64,000 nt of DNA, from assembly GCA_964291215.2 (NCBI GenBank), contig OZ219791.1, forward strand, positions 384,001 through 448,000. Reading direction: 5' to 3'. The notes under the pieces were generated by a model, which did not search any database, was not told the origin of the DNA, and saw only the letters and a list, made by a program, of their open reading frames with translations. Below, piece after piece: positions 44,289 through 56,180 of the stretch. A program made the position numbers and the translations under genes. Source of the stretch: Alphaproteobacteria bacterium. Its GTDB lineage: Bacteria; Pseudomonadota; Alphaproteobacteria; MPNO01; UBA830. Positions within the stretch are counted from its first letter, which is position 1; every line of letters starts with the position of its first letter.

Positions 44289-45329
44289 CGCCCATTCTCC
44301 TTCCCGGTCATGGCCTCGTGGACGATGCCGGAGATGCGCCCGGCCGCCTCGCGGACATGCTCGTCGGCGAGATGGGCGTAGCGTTCGGTGGAGGCGGTAT
44401 CGGCATGGCCGAGCAGGCGGCCGACGGTGTAGAGGTCGAGGCCGCTCATCACGGCATGGGAGGCGAAGGTATGCCGGCAGTCGTGGATGCGCACATCGTC
44501 CAGCCCGGCGAGACCGCGCAGCTTCTGCCAGCGCAGGCCGAGGTCGGTCATCGGGCCGTCGCCCTTCCCGTTCGGGAAGACGAAGCGTCCCTCGCGCGGC
44601 AGGCCATTCAGGACGGCCCGCGGGGGAAGCTGGAGCGCCCGGTCTTGGAGTCCGGCAACACCGCGCGGGTGTCCCGTATCCAGTCCCATTGCAGGCCGGC
44701 GATCTCGGACGACCGGGCGCCGGTGAACAGCAGCAGGCGGCCTGCCGGTCCTCCGCATGGTCGAGCACGAAGCCGAGGCGCTTCAACTCGTCCAGGGACA
44801 GGAACCGCTCGCGCGGCGCCGTCCTGTAGCGCCGCATGTTGCGGCAGGGGTTGGAGCCCTGCGGGCGAAGGTCCCACAGCTCCGCCTGCCGCATCATCAC
44901 CGAGAGCACCGGCAGGGTCCGGTTGGCGCTGCCGAGGGTTCCGCTGAGGGAATCGAACCAGCGCCGCACATCGGCGCGGTCGATCTTCGCGACGGGCATC
45001 GCGCCGAAGAAGGGCAGGAGGCGGCGCATGAAGTCGGCCGCGAAGTCGGCGAACAGCGGCCCGGTCTCGCGGTCGGCTTTGGCTTCGGCGATGGCGGCAA
45101 TGGCCTTCTCCCTCGCCTCGGCGGCGGTCATGTCGTCGGTCGTGCCGAGGATCGCCCTGGGCGCGCCGAACTGGCGTGAGGTCCGGACGAAGAAGGTCTT
45201 CGTCCCGTTCCCGGCGACGGTGAAGCCGAAGGCGGGCAGGTCCCTGACGGTCAGGCCGTATCGTCCGGGTTTCTTCTCCCTGAAGGTGCGGCGGACCGTC
45301 CGCTCGTTGACGGGGGCATGGATGCGCAT
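44285..45329 (-). pseudogene. Tyrosine integrase 1, frameshifted with short deletions
   Basis: FGFTVAGNGTKTFF, ANRTLPVLS, SNPC, RERFLS, LLFTGARSSE, DSKTG, RIHDCRHTFAS, LLGH..STERYAHL; its stop overlaps the integrase 2 ATG. Confidence 0.88.
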
Positions 45330-45556
45330 GGGCGTGTCTCCGTTGTCTGTTCCCTCGGGCGCCGTCCGTCCCGGGGGAACGGAACGGCGCTCCTGAACGG
45401 ACAACGCGACCCGCGCGCGGGACCGCGGTCAGAGGCCGGGCCAGGCCCAACCGTCTGTCACGCAACGGAAAACTGCCGACCGATGCAGGCCGGCCGGGCC
45501 TCGCTCCCTGCATCAAGGATGCGTCGGGTGGTCATCGAGAACGACGGGGACCGCCA

Positions 45557-45685
45557 GTGGGCTACTTTGGATCGAAGGCGACGAGCGGGCTGTGCCAGCT
45601 GCTTCCGGGGCTCCAGCCCCCGCATGATCTGTATGTGGAAACGCATCTCGGAGGCGGCGTGCTGATGAAGCGCAAGGCCGGGTGA
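45557..45685 (+). pseudogene. Dam-like (D12-class) adenine methyltransferase N-terminal fragment inside IS66 (second copy at about 15315-15443, minus strand)
   Basis: GYFGSKATSGLCQ...PPHDLYVETHLGGG.LMKRK resembles the Y-x-G-x-K and motif I region of D12-class methylases. Confidence 0.55.
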
Positions 45686-46663
45686 TGGCGACGGGCGGCG
45701 CGCGAGGAGTTCGAAGCGGCCAAGACCGCGGCGCTGCCGGCAAGGTGCCGGAAGAGGCCGTGATCCGCGTCTTCGTCATCCTCATCGTCGTCCTTCTGGA
45801 GAAGACCACGCACGAGCCGGAACTCCGGTCTGCCGCCGTCACAGACGGACAAGGACGAGAGTGTGCCGGGAGCAACGGCAAGGGCCCGAAGCCGAACCGG
45901 CAGATGGGCGACAACCTGCGCAAGATCATCGTCGAGGAAACGGTTGCGGCCTGCGACGCCTGCGGCGCCGACGGCCCCGTCGATCGGGAGCGCCGCACGA
46001 CATCGTGTTCGAGGTCGTCGAGCGCCGCGCCGAGATCAAGGAATGCCCGAAGTGCAAGGGCCGGTTCCCCGAAAACATCCCGTGCAGTACGGCATCCAGG
46101 CCCTCGTCATCAACCTGCTGGTCGCCCAGATGCTGTCCCTGCGCCGTGCTGTCGCGCTCGTGCAGGCGATCTCCGGCATCAAGCTCTCCGAGGCCTCAGC
46201 TATGCTTTCACGATGCGTCATGGGAGGAGGCTGCCGTGGCGCACCTCCTGCAACGCCCGATGTCGACGATTTCGGATCAACAGTAAGTGGCTTCATGTCG
46301 TGGGACCCTGACGTGCAAGTTCCCACACCGCAAGCGCGGGCAAGAGATCGGCCCGTGCTACAAGGGCGTCCTGGGCCTCGTACATGGGCCAGTGTAGCCA
46401 CCAGCTGTGCGGCAGCCACCTGCTGCGCGAACTGACCTTTGTCGTCGAGGCTACCGCGCGACTGATGAAGAGCCTGCTCCGCGAGGTCTGCCACAAGGTC
46501 AACAAGAGCGCATCCAGGACCCTGAACGAGGCCGGGCGCTACCGCACCATCAGGGCGCCAGGGAACTGCCCGACATCCCGCCGAAAGGAAAACGTGGACG
46601 CAAACGCGCACAACCTGCACGAACGTCTCGTGAAACACGAAAACCTGCGCTTCACAGGCGACC

Positions 46664-48193
46664 ATCGCGGTAGGGAACCGGGTTACCCCCCGCACAGAAC
46701 CGGACGTGCGCTGTTCGCTCCTCCCCTGACGACAAGGCGCTGGTTTGGCCACGGGCTCAGTGGGCAGCGGTGAGGGTGTCTATGTCCCCGGTGAAGTCCT
46801 TTTGGGAGCGTCGCCGAAGGGCACGCAGCTGTTTGCATTGGTGTATGAACTTCTGCAGGCTGCTTCCTGGAACGGCGTAGTAGCAGCCGTTGATAACTCA
46901 CCACTTGGCCGTTTCGTGCCGGTTATCGTGCCACCGCCTGCGCAAGGCCTCCTTGATCCGCCGCAGGGTGCCCGTTTGCGACCGACCCTGAACCTGCCTT
47001 TCCTCGTCTGTTCGCAGAAGTGCGTCATGCCGAGGAAGTCGAACGTCTTGCCCACGCTTCCGGCGGTTCGCTCTGGCAAACCGACCGAACTCGATGATTT
47101 TCCGGGTGCAGTTCAAGTGGGCCAGTCTCTCCCCAAGGTCCCAGCGCCGCCCAGATGCTGAAAGCCGCACACGAAGTCGTCCGCATAATGATCGTGTCGC
47201 CTCTAGCCATCCGCTTGCGCCAGTGGTTCTGGAACCAGTCGTACGTAGTGCAGGTTCGCAAGGCATGGCGCCGCCCCTTGCGGTGTTCCCTTGCCAGTCG
47301 GTCCCTTCCATGACGCCGGCGTCACTTGATGATCAGACCCCCCGATCCGTTTCCCGAGCATCGCGACCAGATGGTCGCGGTTGTCGAAGGGGCGTCAACG
47401 ATCCAGTTGACCTTCCGCCGTTCCACCGTGACGGCGCATGATGCGCCCCGGCCGGAAGCCGTAACTAAACCCGAGGAACTCCGTCTCGCGGCACCAGAAT
47501 CACACCGCCCGCTGATGAATCTTGTCCGAGGCAATGCCAAGCGGTCGTTGCCCTCCATCCTCCTTGGGTATGTAAACCCCGGAGGCGCCCGGTACGCACC
47601 CCTGTGCACACGGGCGTGCAGCAGTTCCACACCCTCCGCGTACGCTTGCCACACAACGCCCCGCCGCCGCGTCCTTCCTCAAGGAATGGAACGCATCGTG
47701 CAGAACGTCGACCGTCACGTGGTGGAGTAAAGACGCTCTTCCGGGTTCCTCTTCGCTACCTGCGTTCAGCCGCCTGTGACCCCCGCTTCTGCGCGCGGCG
47801 CGGGCCAACCGCATTGCCCTTCCCTCCAACAACTCCGCAGGCTCCGAAGAACCCTTGTTCGCCGCCTTCAGCGGTACTATGGCCGAATCTGACTTCTCGT
47901 TCATCATCGGTTTACGGAATTTCCTCTGCGGCCCCTCCACGACAGAGGGACAAGACCTCCCAGGTCCCTGCTTCGGCGCGTGCCCTGGTTCTCGGACCCC
48001 GCGGAGCCCCCCTCACCAACGCGGCTCGTTGCCTTCGGCCACGACCTCGGCACTCCGGTTTCAAAGCATCTCGTGGCTCAATAGCCTGGCCTGCCGCTCC
48101 CCAACGCTTCGCCTCACGACGCATGGTTCACGGAGAAATTAGCCTCTCTCGGGACTTGCACCCGGCCACATTCCACCAGTTTGCCTGGCGCAC
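46664..48193 (-). mobile_element. Group II intron with a degenerate RT/maturase ORF (1530 nt)
   Basis: 5' GTGCGCCAGGC; 3' CGCACGTCCGGTTCTGTGCG...CCCTACCGCGAT; IEP fragments YIPKEDG..RPLGI, TFDFLGMTHFC, PWPNQR; removal restores IS66 GGC GAC CCC GAC GTC (GDPDV). Confidence 0.9.
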
Positions 48194-48429
48194 CCGACGT
48201 CAGCTTCACCAACAATGCCGGAGAACAGAAGATCAGGATGGCAAAGGTCAAGGTGCCCGGATGCTTCCACTCCACGCAAAAGCATGGTGCCAAGCTACCT
48301 CACCTCCATGGCGGCACTCGGCTACAACCCACTCGTCGCCACCCAGATCGCCCTCGACGGAAAAGCCGCAGACATCATCAACGAGCACTATGAATCAGAA
48401 CCCAACAAGGGGTGAGTAGATACGTACAA

Positions 48430-48710
48430 TGAACGATTTGACCGGTTTTGTGCTTGACGACAGAGCCGCATCGTGGTCCAATATAATATGATGCATGTAA
48501 TGGGATGATCCCGACCCTGAACACGTTCGCAAGGTACCCGTCTGAAGCCCCGTCCCGATCGTAACCTCGTGCTTCTCCCTTGCCAACATCGACGTACCGA
48601 CCGTCTTGTTCTCGAACCTGAAACCCTTCGACTGCCAGACAACGCACGCAAACTCGGCCTAGAAGCATCACCCTGATTTGGAAACATCGAAGCCGAGGTC
48701 AGGATGTCTG
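48430..48710. mobile_element. IS/MITE family D end, copy 2 (inverted relative to 22657-22950)
   Basis: GCCAGACAACGCACGCAAACTCGGCCTAGAAGCATCACCCTGATT...GCCGAGGTCAGGATGTCTG is the near reverse complement of 22657-22735. Confidence 0.75.
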
Positions 48711-49345
48711 ATCCTCGACGGCATCGACCGGGAGACGGATGCCACCGGCCGCTTCAAGTAGGCAAGGCCCACGGACGCCTCGAGCAGCGCTCGATACGTG
48801 CCGCTCAAGGGCTCGATCAACTACCCCGGCAGATCGCCCGCATCAAGCGCTACCGCAAGCCGCCGGGAAAGAGCGCCAGCGGCGCAGCGAGCGGCAACGA
48901 CCACACCGGTACATCATCACCTCGCTCGATGCACAACACGCGTCGCCAGAGGAACTGCTGCGGCCGCGGGCACCGGGCTATGGAAAACATGAACCACCAC
49001 CAGAGAGACTGCGTCTTCGGCAAGGACGCCTGCCTGACCCGCCCCGCAAACCGCGCCAGCCTCGACAACATCGCGCTCGCGGTGATCTTCGCCAACCGAC
49101 GCGAGAGCCTCGCCGAAACACGGCGGCGGCTCGACCGCTGGGAAGCCGTCGCAACCCTGAGCGCCAATGGTGTTCGGCCGATTCCCGGACGCCGCCCACA
49201 ACCCGCCCGCATTCCGAAAACAACCCGCCCACGCGCCGGCGACGACCGCGGACGGCCCCGAAGCCGGAAAACCCGGCACGCTGTGAAACCTCCGGACAGC
49301 AGAAGACAGCAAAATTGAATGCAGCGTGGGAAACACCTGGCCCGG
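48711..49345 (+). mobile_element. ISAs1-family transposase 3' remnant
   Basis: KAHGRLEQR, YIITSL, ENMNHHQRDCVFGKDAC, NIALAVI. Confidence 0.7.
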
Positions 49346-49427
49346 GCAAGATTGCTGTTCACTTTGGGGAATAATTGTCCTATTGTCAGTTGCCTTGGAT
49401 CGGAGGTAAATGCTGCTGTCGGATCGC

Positions 49428-49501
49428 TGGGGAATAGTTTAACGGTAGAACGGGCGGCTCTGACCCGCTTGGTCCTGGTTCGAATCCAGGTTCCCCAGCC
49501 A
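49428..49501 (+). tRNA. tRNA-Gln (CUG)
   Basis: TGGGGAA...TTCCCCA acceptor stem, anticodon loop CTCTGAC, T-loop GGTTCGAATCC, encoded CCA. Confidence 0.95.
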
Positions 49502-49513
49502 TTTTCCCAAATT

Positions 49514-50043
49514 CAGACATCCTGACCTACCCTTCTGAGGAGGCCTATCGCACCGGTCAGGAAATCCCCTGTTTTCCTGTGTTTCCGGCTGCTTCAGCGC
49601 AGATTTCGCTTAACCTGTGGCGAACAAGCATGTCCAATATCGCATGTTACACTTTTGGTCTGAGATGACACCCTCCCTGCCACCCCAAGGGAGCCCATGC
49701 CACACCCATCGCAGCATCCTCCTCATGGGCCGTCATCGACAATCAGGCATGGTACTTCACCCACCTCGAGCCCTGCGACTGCCACGCTGCCCATGACACC
49801 CGTCGACAGGCCCTGCGCATCGCCCGGTTCTACACGGTCGCCGGCGTTGAGCTGTGCCGATCTGACCAGGCCTTCGATGTCTTGCACGAAGGCGTCTACC
49901 GTAAGACGAAGCTCCTGAAGGCCAGGGGCGAGACGGTCCTTGGTGCATCGCAGCGGCCACGCAGACGCGAGGGTGATCTCCTCGGCGATGGCGCAACACT
50001 CCAGAATCGTCTCACCTGACATTGGACGAGGTCAGGATGTCTG
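49514..50043. mobile_element. Family D non-autonomous element (530 bp) just downstream of tRNA-Gln
   Basis: TIR CAGACATCCTGACCT / AGGTCAGGATGTCTG, flanked by AAATT on both sides. Confidence 0.8.
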
Positions 50044-50276
50044 AAATTGCCGCAATTCGCTCCGGCTGGCTGCCGAACTGTCCGAACACGGGCCCGGTTC
50101 CGGTCGATCCGCTCCCGTCGGCTAATTGTTCTGGATGACAGGCGCCGAGCCTTTCCGCAAGCCCTCAGGCTCGCACATCATCGCGAATGCCCGCATCCTC
50201 GACGGGCCGCCGACAACCGCACCGCCGCCTGGCCCGCGAACTGCACAGGAACCGGATACCGCATGCGGACCCACAC

Positions 50277-51035
50277 ATGACGGAATTCCTCGGCGCTCCC
50301 GATATCGGGCTGTGGCAGGCTCTGGCTCTGTTTGCCGCAGCCATCGTGACGACATTCATCGGCACCGTGACCGGTACTGCCGGCGGCCTGCTGCTGCTCG
50401 CATTTATGACATTCTTTCTGCCGCTGGTGGTCCTGATTCCGGTTCACACCGTGGTGCAGCTCGGGGCAGGTACCGGCCGCACCTTCCTGATGTGGCGTTA
50501 TGTCAGGAAGGAACTGCTCGTTCCGTTTGCGATCGGAGCAGGCTTGGGCGCCCTTGTCGGCGCCAACGCATTCGTCTCGCTGACAGCGGGCACGCTTCAG
50601 GCTATTCTTGGGATATTCATTTTCGTGGTCATGTAGACACCGAGGATCACGCTCGGCGGACCGGAGCGAACCCGCTTCGCGCTTCTGGGCGCTGTCTCAA
50701 CCTTCCTGGGTGTTTTCGTCAGCGCGACCGGCTCGTTCCTGTCGCCCTTTGTCGCCCATGCCAGTCGCGACCGGCACGTTCATGTCGCGACCATTGCGAC
50801 ACTCATGGCGATTACCCACCTCGCCAAGCTGGCCGCTTTCGGCTTCGTCGGCGTTGCCCTCGGCGCCTATGTGCCGCTTATCGCCCTGATGATCTGCGGA
50901 ACCGTGCTCGGCAACTGGATCGGCAGGAACACGCTCCGGCGCGTGCCGGAACGCATGTTCCGGATCGTGTTTCAGGTTTTGCTTGCGCTGCTTGCGCTCC
51001 GACTCCTGGCCGGAGCGCTGCTCGACAGCGCCTAG
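50277..51035 (+). pseudogene. TauE/SafE sulfite-exporter family membrane protein with an internal TAG at 50634-50636
   Basis: GTAGGLLL, multiple TM helices; the frame continues after the stop to 51035. Confidence 0.8.
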
Positions 51036-51108
51036 CTCCAAGGCCTCACGACCGCAATCGGCATCTGACCGGAACGCACGGACGACGGAAGGTGGCGGAC
51101 TAGGCCGG

Positions 51109-51612
51109 CTATTTCCGCATGCCGGGGCGTTCGAAGTTCCGGTCGAGGTGCCCCTTGCCCTCAAGGTCGCCCTGTTCGAACAACCAGCTGTATCCGCCGG
51201 GTGGATTGGTCAGAATTTCCCAGCAATTGTCATCCATGTCCCAGAAGAAGAAGCTGTAGGTGCCGTGCTGCAGCTTCGGCTTGGAAATCTTGTGCAGCCC
51301 CCATTTCTCCGCCTGTTCGACAACCGTCTCGTAGGCCGCATCAACCTCCTCCTGGGTCTCGACATCGAACCCGTTGTGGTTGAGCAGCGGCATCTCGGAA
51401 GCCCGCTTGGGTTGTTCGACAACTGCAATCGTATTCGCGCCACCAAGGCGGATAAGCAGCGAAATTGGGCTGGTGCGGACAACCTCAAGCCCGAGGAACT
51501 CGGCATAGAAGTTGCGGGCCGTTTCGAGATCCCTGGACTCGAGCGTTCCGTGCGAAAGGAAATTCAACTTGAGGGCGGGCTCCGCCACCGTCTCAACTTG
51601 AGGCAAACTCAT
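51109..51612 (-). CDS. VOC/glyoxalase family protein
   Basis: LSHGTLE..DLE.ARNFY.EFLGLE, HNGFDV, FFFWDMDDNCWEI. Confidence 0.88.
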   Translation of the reverse strand: MSLPQVETVAEPALKLNFLSHGTLESRDLETARNFYAEFLGLEVVRTSPISLLIRLGGANTIAVVEQPKRASEMPLLNHNGFDVETQEEVDAAYETVVEQAEKWGLHKISKPKLQHGTYSFFFWDMDDNCWEILTNPPGGYSWLFEQGDLEGKGHLDRNFERPGMRK

Positions 51613-52094
51613 TTGATTTCTCCCGTTCGGTTGTCACCGGAACTCTGCTCCGAAGCGCAGTTTCACTCCCGGCCGGGCGAAATGGCACGAGCAGCCGTAC
51701 CGCAAGAGGCCGGAAATTTTAGCACACAAAAGCTGTATTTTGAAAGGCCCGTGATCGGAGTGCAACCGTTTGCGCGATTCGCACGCCGCTCGGAACCGAA
51801 ATCGTCGCCGTTCCAGAACCCAGAGCACCTGAGACAGTACCGCCGTCTCAATCTCCCGGTCGATAATCACTTGTGAGCGTCCGACAACACCGAATCGATA
51901 TCGAGTGAAGGACCGAGGATCGCGCCACCTCCAGAATAGGCGGGCCGTCCGGTATGCGTGTAGATCTGCCGGAGTGGTGTTGGCGATGCGCCGAGACGGG
52001 ACGCCTGACGGGTAGACCTGCATCCCTCGCTCGGAGAACTCTCTGCGCTTCGAGGGGCGCGATCTCCTCTGCGCCTTCGTCAATCTGGACACGG

Positions 52095-52226
52095 GCGCTG
52101 GAGGGCCTGCAGGAGGCGCTCCAGCAGAGAAAGGCGAGCCCCGCCGAGATCGCCCGGCATGCGGAGCGCGACGGCGGCACCACGGTTGTCCGCCCGTATC
52201 TCGAGTCGCTCACCGCCAACCCCTAG
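52095..52226 (+). pseudogene. AbiEi-like type IV antitoxin C-terminal fragment
   Basis: ALEGLQEALQQRKASPAEIARHA...VRPYLESL. Confidence 0.5.
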
Positions 52227-53372
52227 TAGTGCGGAATCATTGGATTGAAGGGTATGGTGACTTGAGTTTCACCCGGGCGTTTGCGGTGGTGAAGCGCCAA
52301 TCGACGGTACCGCCGGCTGCATTGCGGCGCTCGACCCACGCCACGGTCTCCCGCAGCATGGTGTCGCGGTCGGGAATGCGTCGTCGAAGGCACTGCCGCG
52401 ACAGCGCACCGATCTCGATTTCGGCCATGTTGAGCCAACTTCCGTGCTTTGGCGTATAGCGAAACTCGAACCGCACCCGCATCGCGATTACGCAACCTGA
52501 TGTCTGGAAATTGTCGTGAAGCTGATCGAGCTGTTCCCATTCCGGCCGGGTGAACATTTCCGAGCGCCCTGCGGAGGCAAAGGAACGGATCGGCGACTGG
52601 GAGCCATCATCGGCAAAACTCACAGTGGAGCTGTCGTGTCGCTCGTGCCACGAAATACACCTTGCCGGGTGGACAGAAAGATACGGTCGGTTCGGTCATG
52701 ATCCGCCTGCTCGGCTCTGGTGCGCTATTGGCCCACACAATCACAACGGCAAGGAGTTCGCAGACCACAGGCGTGTCGCACTTGACGCAGATTTCTTCTT
52801 CGCCTTTCCATTCTTGGGAGCGCGGCTTGAATGAGCACACCAACGGCCTGGTGCGGGAGTACTTCCCGAAGGGCACGGACTTTCGCGCGACATGCAACGA
52901 AGATGTTCAGAAGGTGCGGCTCAACACTCGGAAAGTCCTGGGATCGCCGACGGAGGTAATCTTGAAGTGAAACCGCCCTGACCATCTGCGTTCCAAAGCC
53001 GCAACGTGCAGCAGGGTCCATGCCGCGCGACGGCGGAATAGTGGCTTGAAGCCGACAAAGGCGTTGCATAAGCTCGATGTTGAAGGAACTGAAGCTGTTC
53101 CCAGGCGGAATCGAGAGGGGCAGAGGGGAAAAATTTGCGCGACATCCGGCCCTCATCTCCGTTCGGGCTACGCCCTCACTGCGATGAGGGCCGGATGTTG
53201 CACTTCAGACTGGAAGTGGGGCCTGATCCTCGATGCGCGCTATGAAAAAGCCCGCCATGACGGCGTTGTGTGCGATATCGCAGTGCTCTAGGCCATCGGA
53301 ATAGGGGCTGCAGGCACGTTCCGGGGCTCTCTGTGGCGCTCTCCGAGGCCGAGGTCCATTGGAGGACCTTCC
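52225..53372. mobile_element. Cluster of IS scraps: IS630 (52225-52485), IS256 end (52487-52515), IS30 (about 52520-53215), IS256 internal (53220-53372)
   Basis: YTPKHGSWLNMAE; GATTACGCAACCTGATGTCTGGAAATTGTC; IGDWE, NGKEFA, SWERGLNEHTNGLVREYFPKG; LDARYEK, SEAEVHWR. Confidence 0.8.
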
Positions 53373-53555
53373 CAGGGCTCTTCTTTTGTCCGGTTCCGTC
53401 CGACGAGGGGCGTTGTAGGCAGATCTGGAGGTCCATTCGGGAGCGGATTTCGTTGTCAATATGCCGGTTCCGACCTTGAGACGGTGCCACCAACTTCAAA
53501 AACGGCCACTCTGACACGGTTGTCCACCGCCGATCGCGACAACGGAATGGTCCTG
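53373..53555. mobile_element. MITE family B, copy 1 (183 bp)
   Basis: Direct repeat of 63003-63185; termini CAGGGCTCTTCTTTTGTC / GACAACGGAATGGTCCTG; no matching TSD at this copy. Confidence 0.85.
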
Positions 53556-53997
53556 TCGCATGAGATGAACAAATGGAACTGAGCCTGCAACTGTGCCATA
53601 CGAAACTCTCACCCGATGCGGCCTTACGGGAATGTCCTGGCCGGGCTTTACTCCGAGCAAGGGCCTCGATCGCCGGCCCATTGCATTCGATACGATAGAG
53701 CGCAGCACTGGCACTGCACCTCCGCGGTCGTGGCCCTGCAATTCAGGACTCGTACGCCGCTTGCCATCGACTCCGGGGGCATCGGCCCACGGATCGCACT
53801 GAACAGGCGGAACGTTATCAACTTCTGTCCGGCGACACGACCCTTCGGGCCGCCGGACGATATCCGGTGCTCATCCAACCGCTGACAATGCCGACGACCA
53901 CACCCTTCCCACACCTGATGTCGAGGGCGGGGTTCCTTGGCCAAGTCGCACGGCGGAAATCGACGATCCACCCAGCGGAACCCCGGAATCGAGCGCG

Positions 53998-55410
53998 TCA
54001 GACACTGTAATACATCGAGAATTCGACCGGATGTGGCGTATGCTCGAAACTGTAGATTTCTTCCCACTTGAGTTCGAGGAAGCCGTCGATCAGGTCGTCG
54101 GGGAAGACTTCGCCCTGGGTCAGGAACTCCCGATCCTCGTCGAGCGAGATCAACGCCTCGCGCAGACTGTGGCAGACCGTCGGTACGTCGCTCAGCTCCT
54201 CGGGCGGCAGGTCGTACAGGTTCTTGTCCATCGGGTCGCCCGGATGGATCCTGTTCTGGATGCCGTCGAGCCCCGCCATCAGCATGGCGGCGAACGCATA
54301 ATAGGGGTTGGCCGCCGGATCCGGGAAGCGCACTTCGACGCGCTTGCCCCGCGGACTGCTGGTGAACGGGATGCGGCAGGACGCTGAACGGTTGCGGGCC
54401 GAGTAGGCGAGCAGAACCGGGGCCTCGAAACCCGGGATCAACCGCTTGTAGCTGTTGGTCGTCGGATTGGTGAAGGCGTTGAGCGCCTTGGCGTGCTTGA
54501 TGATCCCGCCGATATAGAACAGCGCCGTCTCCGAGAGGTCGGCATAGCCCGAGCCGGCAAACAGCGGCTTGTCGTCCTTCCAGATCGACTGGTGGACATG
54601 CATGCCTGAGCCGTTGTCGGCGATGACCGGCTTGGGCATGAAGGTCGCCGTCTTGCCGTAGGAATGGGCGACATTGTGGACGCAGTACTTGTAGATCTGC
54701 AGCCAGTCAGCGGTCTGCAGAAGCCGCGAGGCCTCGATGCCGAGCTCGTTCTGGCTCGGCGCGACCTCGTGATGGTGCTTCTCGGTGAGGATGCCCATGT
54801 CCTGCATCACGCTCAGCATCTCGGCGCGCAGATCGCCCATGGAATCCACGGGCGGCACGGGAAAGTATCCGCCCTTGATTGCGGGCCGGTGCCCGGTGTT
54901 GCCGCCCTCGAGTTCCGAACCGGAATTGTACGGCCCCTCTTCCTCGTCGAGGGCGTAGAATGTCCGGTGCATGGAGACGTCGAACCGGACATCGTCGAAG
55001 ACGAAGAATTCGGGTTCGGGACCGAAGAGGGCGCTGTCGCCGATGCCGGTCTGAGCCAGATACGACTCGGCGCGCTTGGCAGTCGAACGCGGGTCGCGGC
55101 TGTAGGGCTGTCCCGTGCTCGGTTCGATCACGTCGCAGAACAGGATGAGCTGCTCTTGGGCGGAGAACGGATCAAGCACCGCGGTCGAGCAGTCCGGCAC
55201 CAGCGTCATGTCCGATTCGTTGATGACCTTCCAGCCGGCAATCGAGGAGCCGTCGAACATGACGCCGTCGAGCAGCATGTCCTCATCGACGGTCCGCGCC
55301 GCCTGCGCGGTGTGCTGCCATTTGCCGCGCGGGTCCGTGAACCGGAAATCCACGAACCGCACATTGTGTTCCTCGATCATTTTCAGAACATCGATTGCAT
55401 CGCCCGCCAT
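53998..55410 (-). CDS. glnA: Glutamine synthetase type I
   Basis: [35 protein letters not shown], adenylylation site NLYDLP. Confidence 0.98.
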   Translation of the reverse strand: MAGDAIDVLKMIEEHNVRFVDFRFTDPRGKWQHTAQAARTVDEDMLLDGVMFDGSSIAGWKVINESDMTLVPDCSTAVLDPFSAQEQLILFCDVIEPSTGQPYSRDPRSTAKRAESYLAQTGIGDSALFGPEPEFFVFDDVRFDVSMHRTFYALDEEEGPYNSGSELEGGNTGHRPAIKGGYFPVPPVDSMGDLRAEMLSVMQDMGILTEKHHHEVAPSQNELGIEASRLLQTADWLQIYKYCVHNVAHSYGKTATFMPKPVIADNGSGMHVHQSIWKDDKPLFAGSGYADLSETALFYIGGIIKHAKALNAFTNPTTNSYKRLIPGFEAPVLLAYSARNRSASCRIPFTSSPRGKRVEVRFPDPAANPYYAFAAMLMAGLDGIQNRIHPGDPMDKNLYDLPPEELSDVPTVCHSLREALISLDEDREFLTQGEVFPDDLIDGFLELKWEEIYSFEHTPHPVEFSMYYSV

Positions 55411-55543
55411 GGGTGCGTTCCTTTCCTGTTTGAATAGTCTTGCGACCGGTTGACGCGACGACAATCGTGCGAACCCGCGCGTGCCGAGCCGCAGCAAGCT
55501 GTTGTAAATTCGGTTCCCGTTCTGTCGGAACGGGTCCGTGACG

Positions 55544-55888
<345 letters not shown>

Positions 55889-55941
55889 TCAGGCATCCCT
55901 ATTTTTGCTGGCAATCCTGATCGGCACCAGCCACTTTCGTC

Positions 55942-55957
55942 TGCAGGATATATGCCA
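55942..55957 (-). promoter_or_regulatory. Sigma54 -24/-12 promoter of glnB-glnA
   Basis: Minus strand TGGCATATATCCTGCA (GG-N10-GC), about 60 bp upstream of the glnB ATG. Confidence 0.8.
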
Positions 55958-56005
55958 GAAAGCCGCATGTGTGTAAAGGACGAAAGCCGCCGTCACGGCC
56001 GCCGC

Positions 56006-56065
56006 TGCCCCGTTTTCGTTCAGGTCGCCGCACAAATTTCGGGCATGTTGCCTGAATTCAGATCG
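56006..56065. promoter_or_regulatory. NtrC-type binding sites
   Basis: CGCAC-AAATTTC-GGGCA (56029-56045) and weaker TGCCC-N7-GTTCA (56006-56022), against the consensus TGCAC-N7-GTGCA. Confidence 0.65.
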
Positions 56066-56180
56066 CCCGCAGCGACGGTTGCGCAACGCGCCGAACCCTC
56101 CATCCGGTCCTGTCCGCATTCGCTCGGTGAATGCGGACAGGCGGCTCAATGCGAGATGCGTGCCGCCCCGAGCCGCCGGA

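Larger units (their letters stand above)
45531..48423 (+). mobile_element. Body of the split IS66 copy, interrupted by a group II intron
   Basis: Near-identical to the reverse complement of 14038-15470; right end GGGGTGAGTAGATAC. Confidence 0.9.

Noticed and set aside
43281-45404. 707-aa ORF as a single fused double integrase
   Set aside because: It results from frameshifts in integrase 1 running into the integrase 2 frame; integrase 1 has its own C-terminus and a stop overlapping the next ATG.
46664-48193. RT fragments as a retron, DGR or defence RT
   Set aside because: The flanking GTGCG 5' end, DV/DVI 3' end and precise exon restoration identify a group II intron.
49428-49501. tRNA-Gln as the attB of the integrase element
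   Set aside because: I found no duplicated tRNA 3' fragment; the element's junctions map inside IS66 about 4 kb away.
50634-50636. In-frame TAG codons (here and at 43281) as programmed readthrough or recoding
   Set aside because: Both are single-base changes from expected TGG/CAG codons, other genes use TAG as a normal stop, and no recoding machinery is visible; nonsense mutation or base-call error is simpler.
51850-52095. Possible Uma2-type endonuclease fragment on the minus strand
   Set aside because: Too degraded to support with a recognisable motif.
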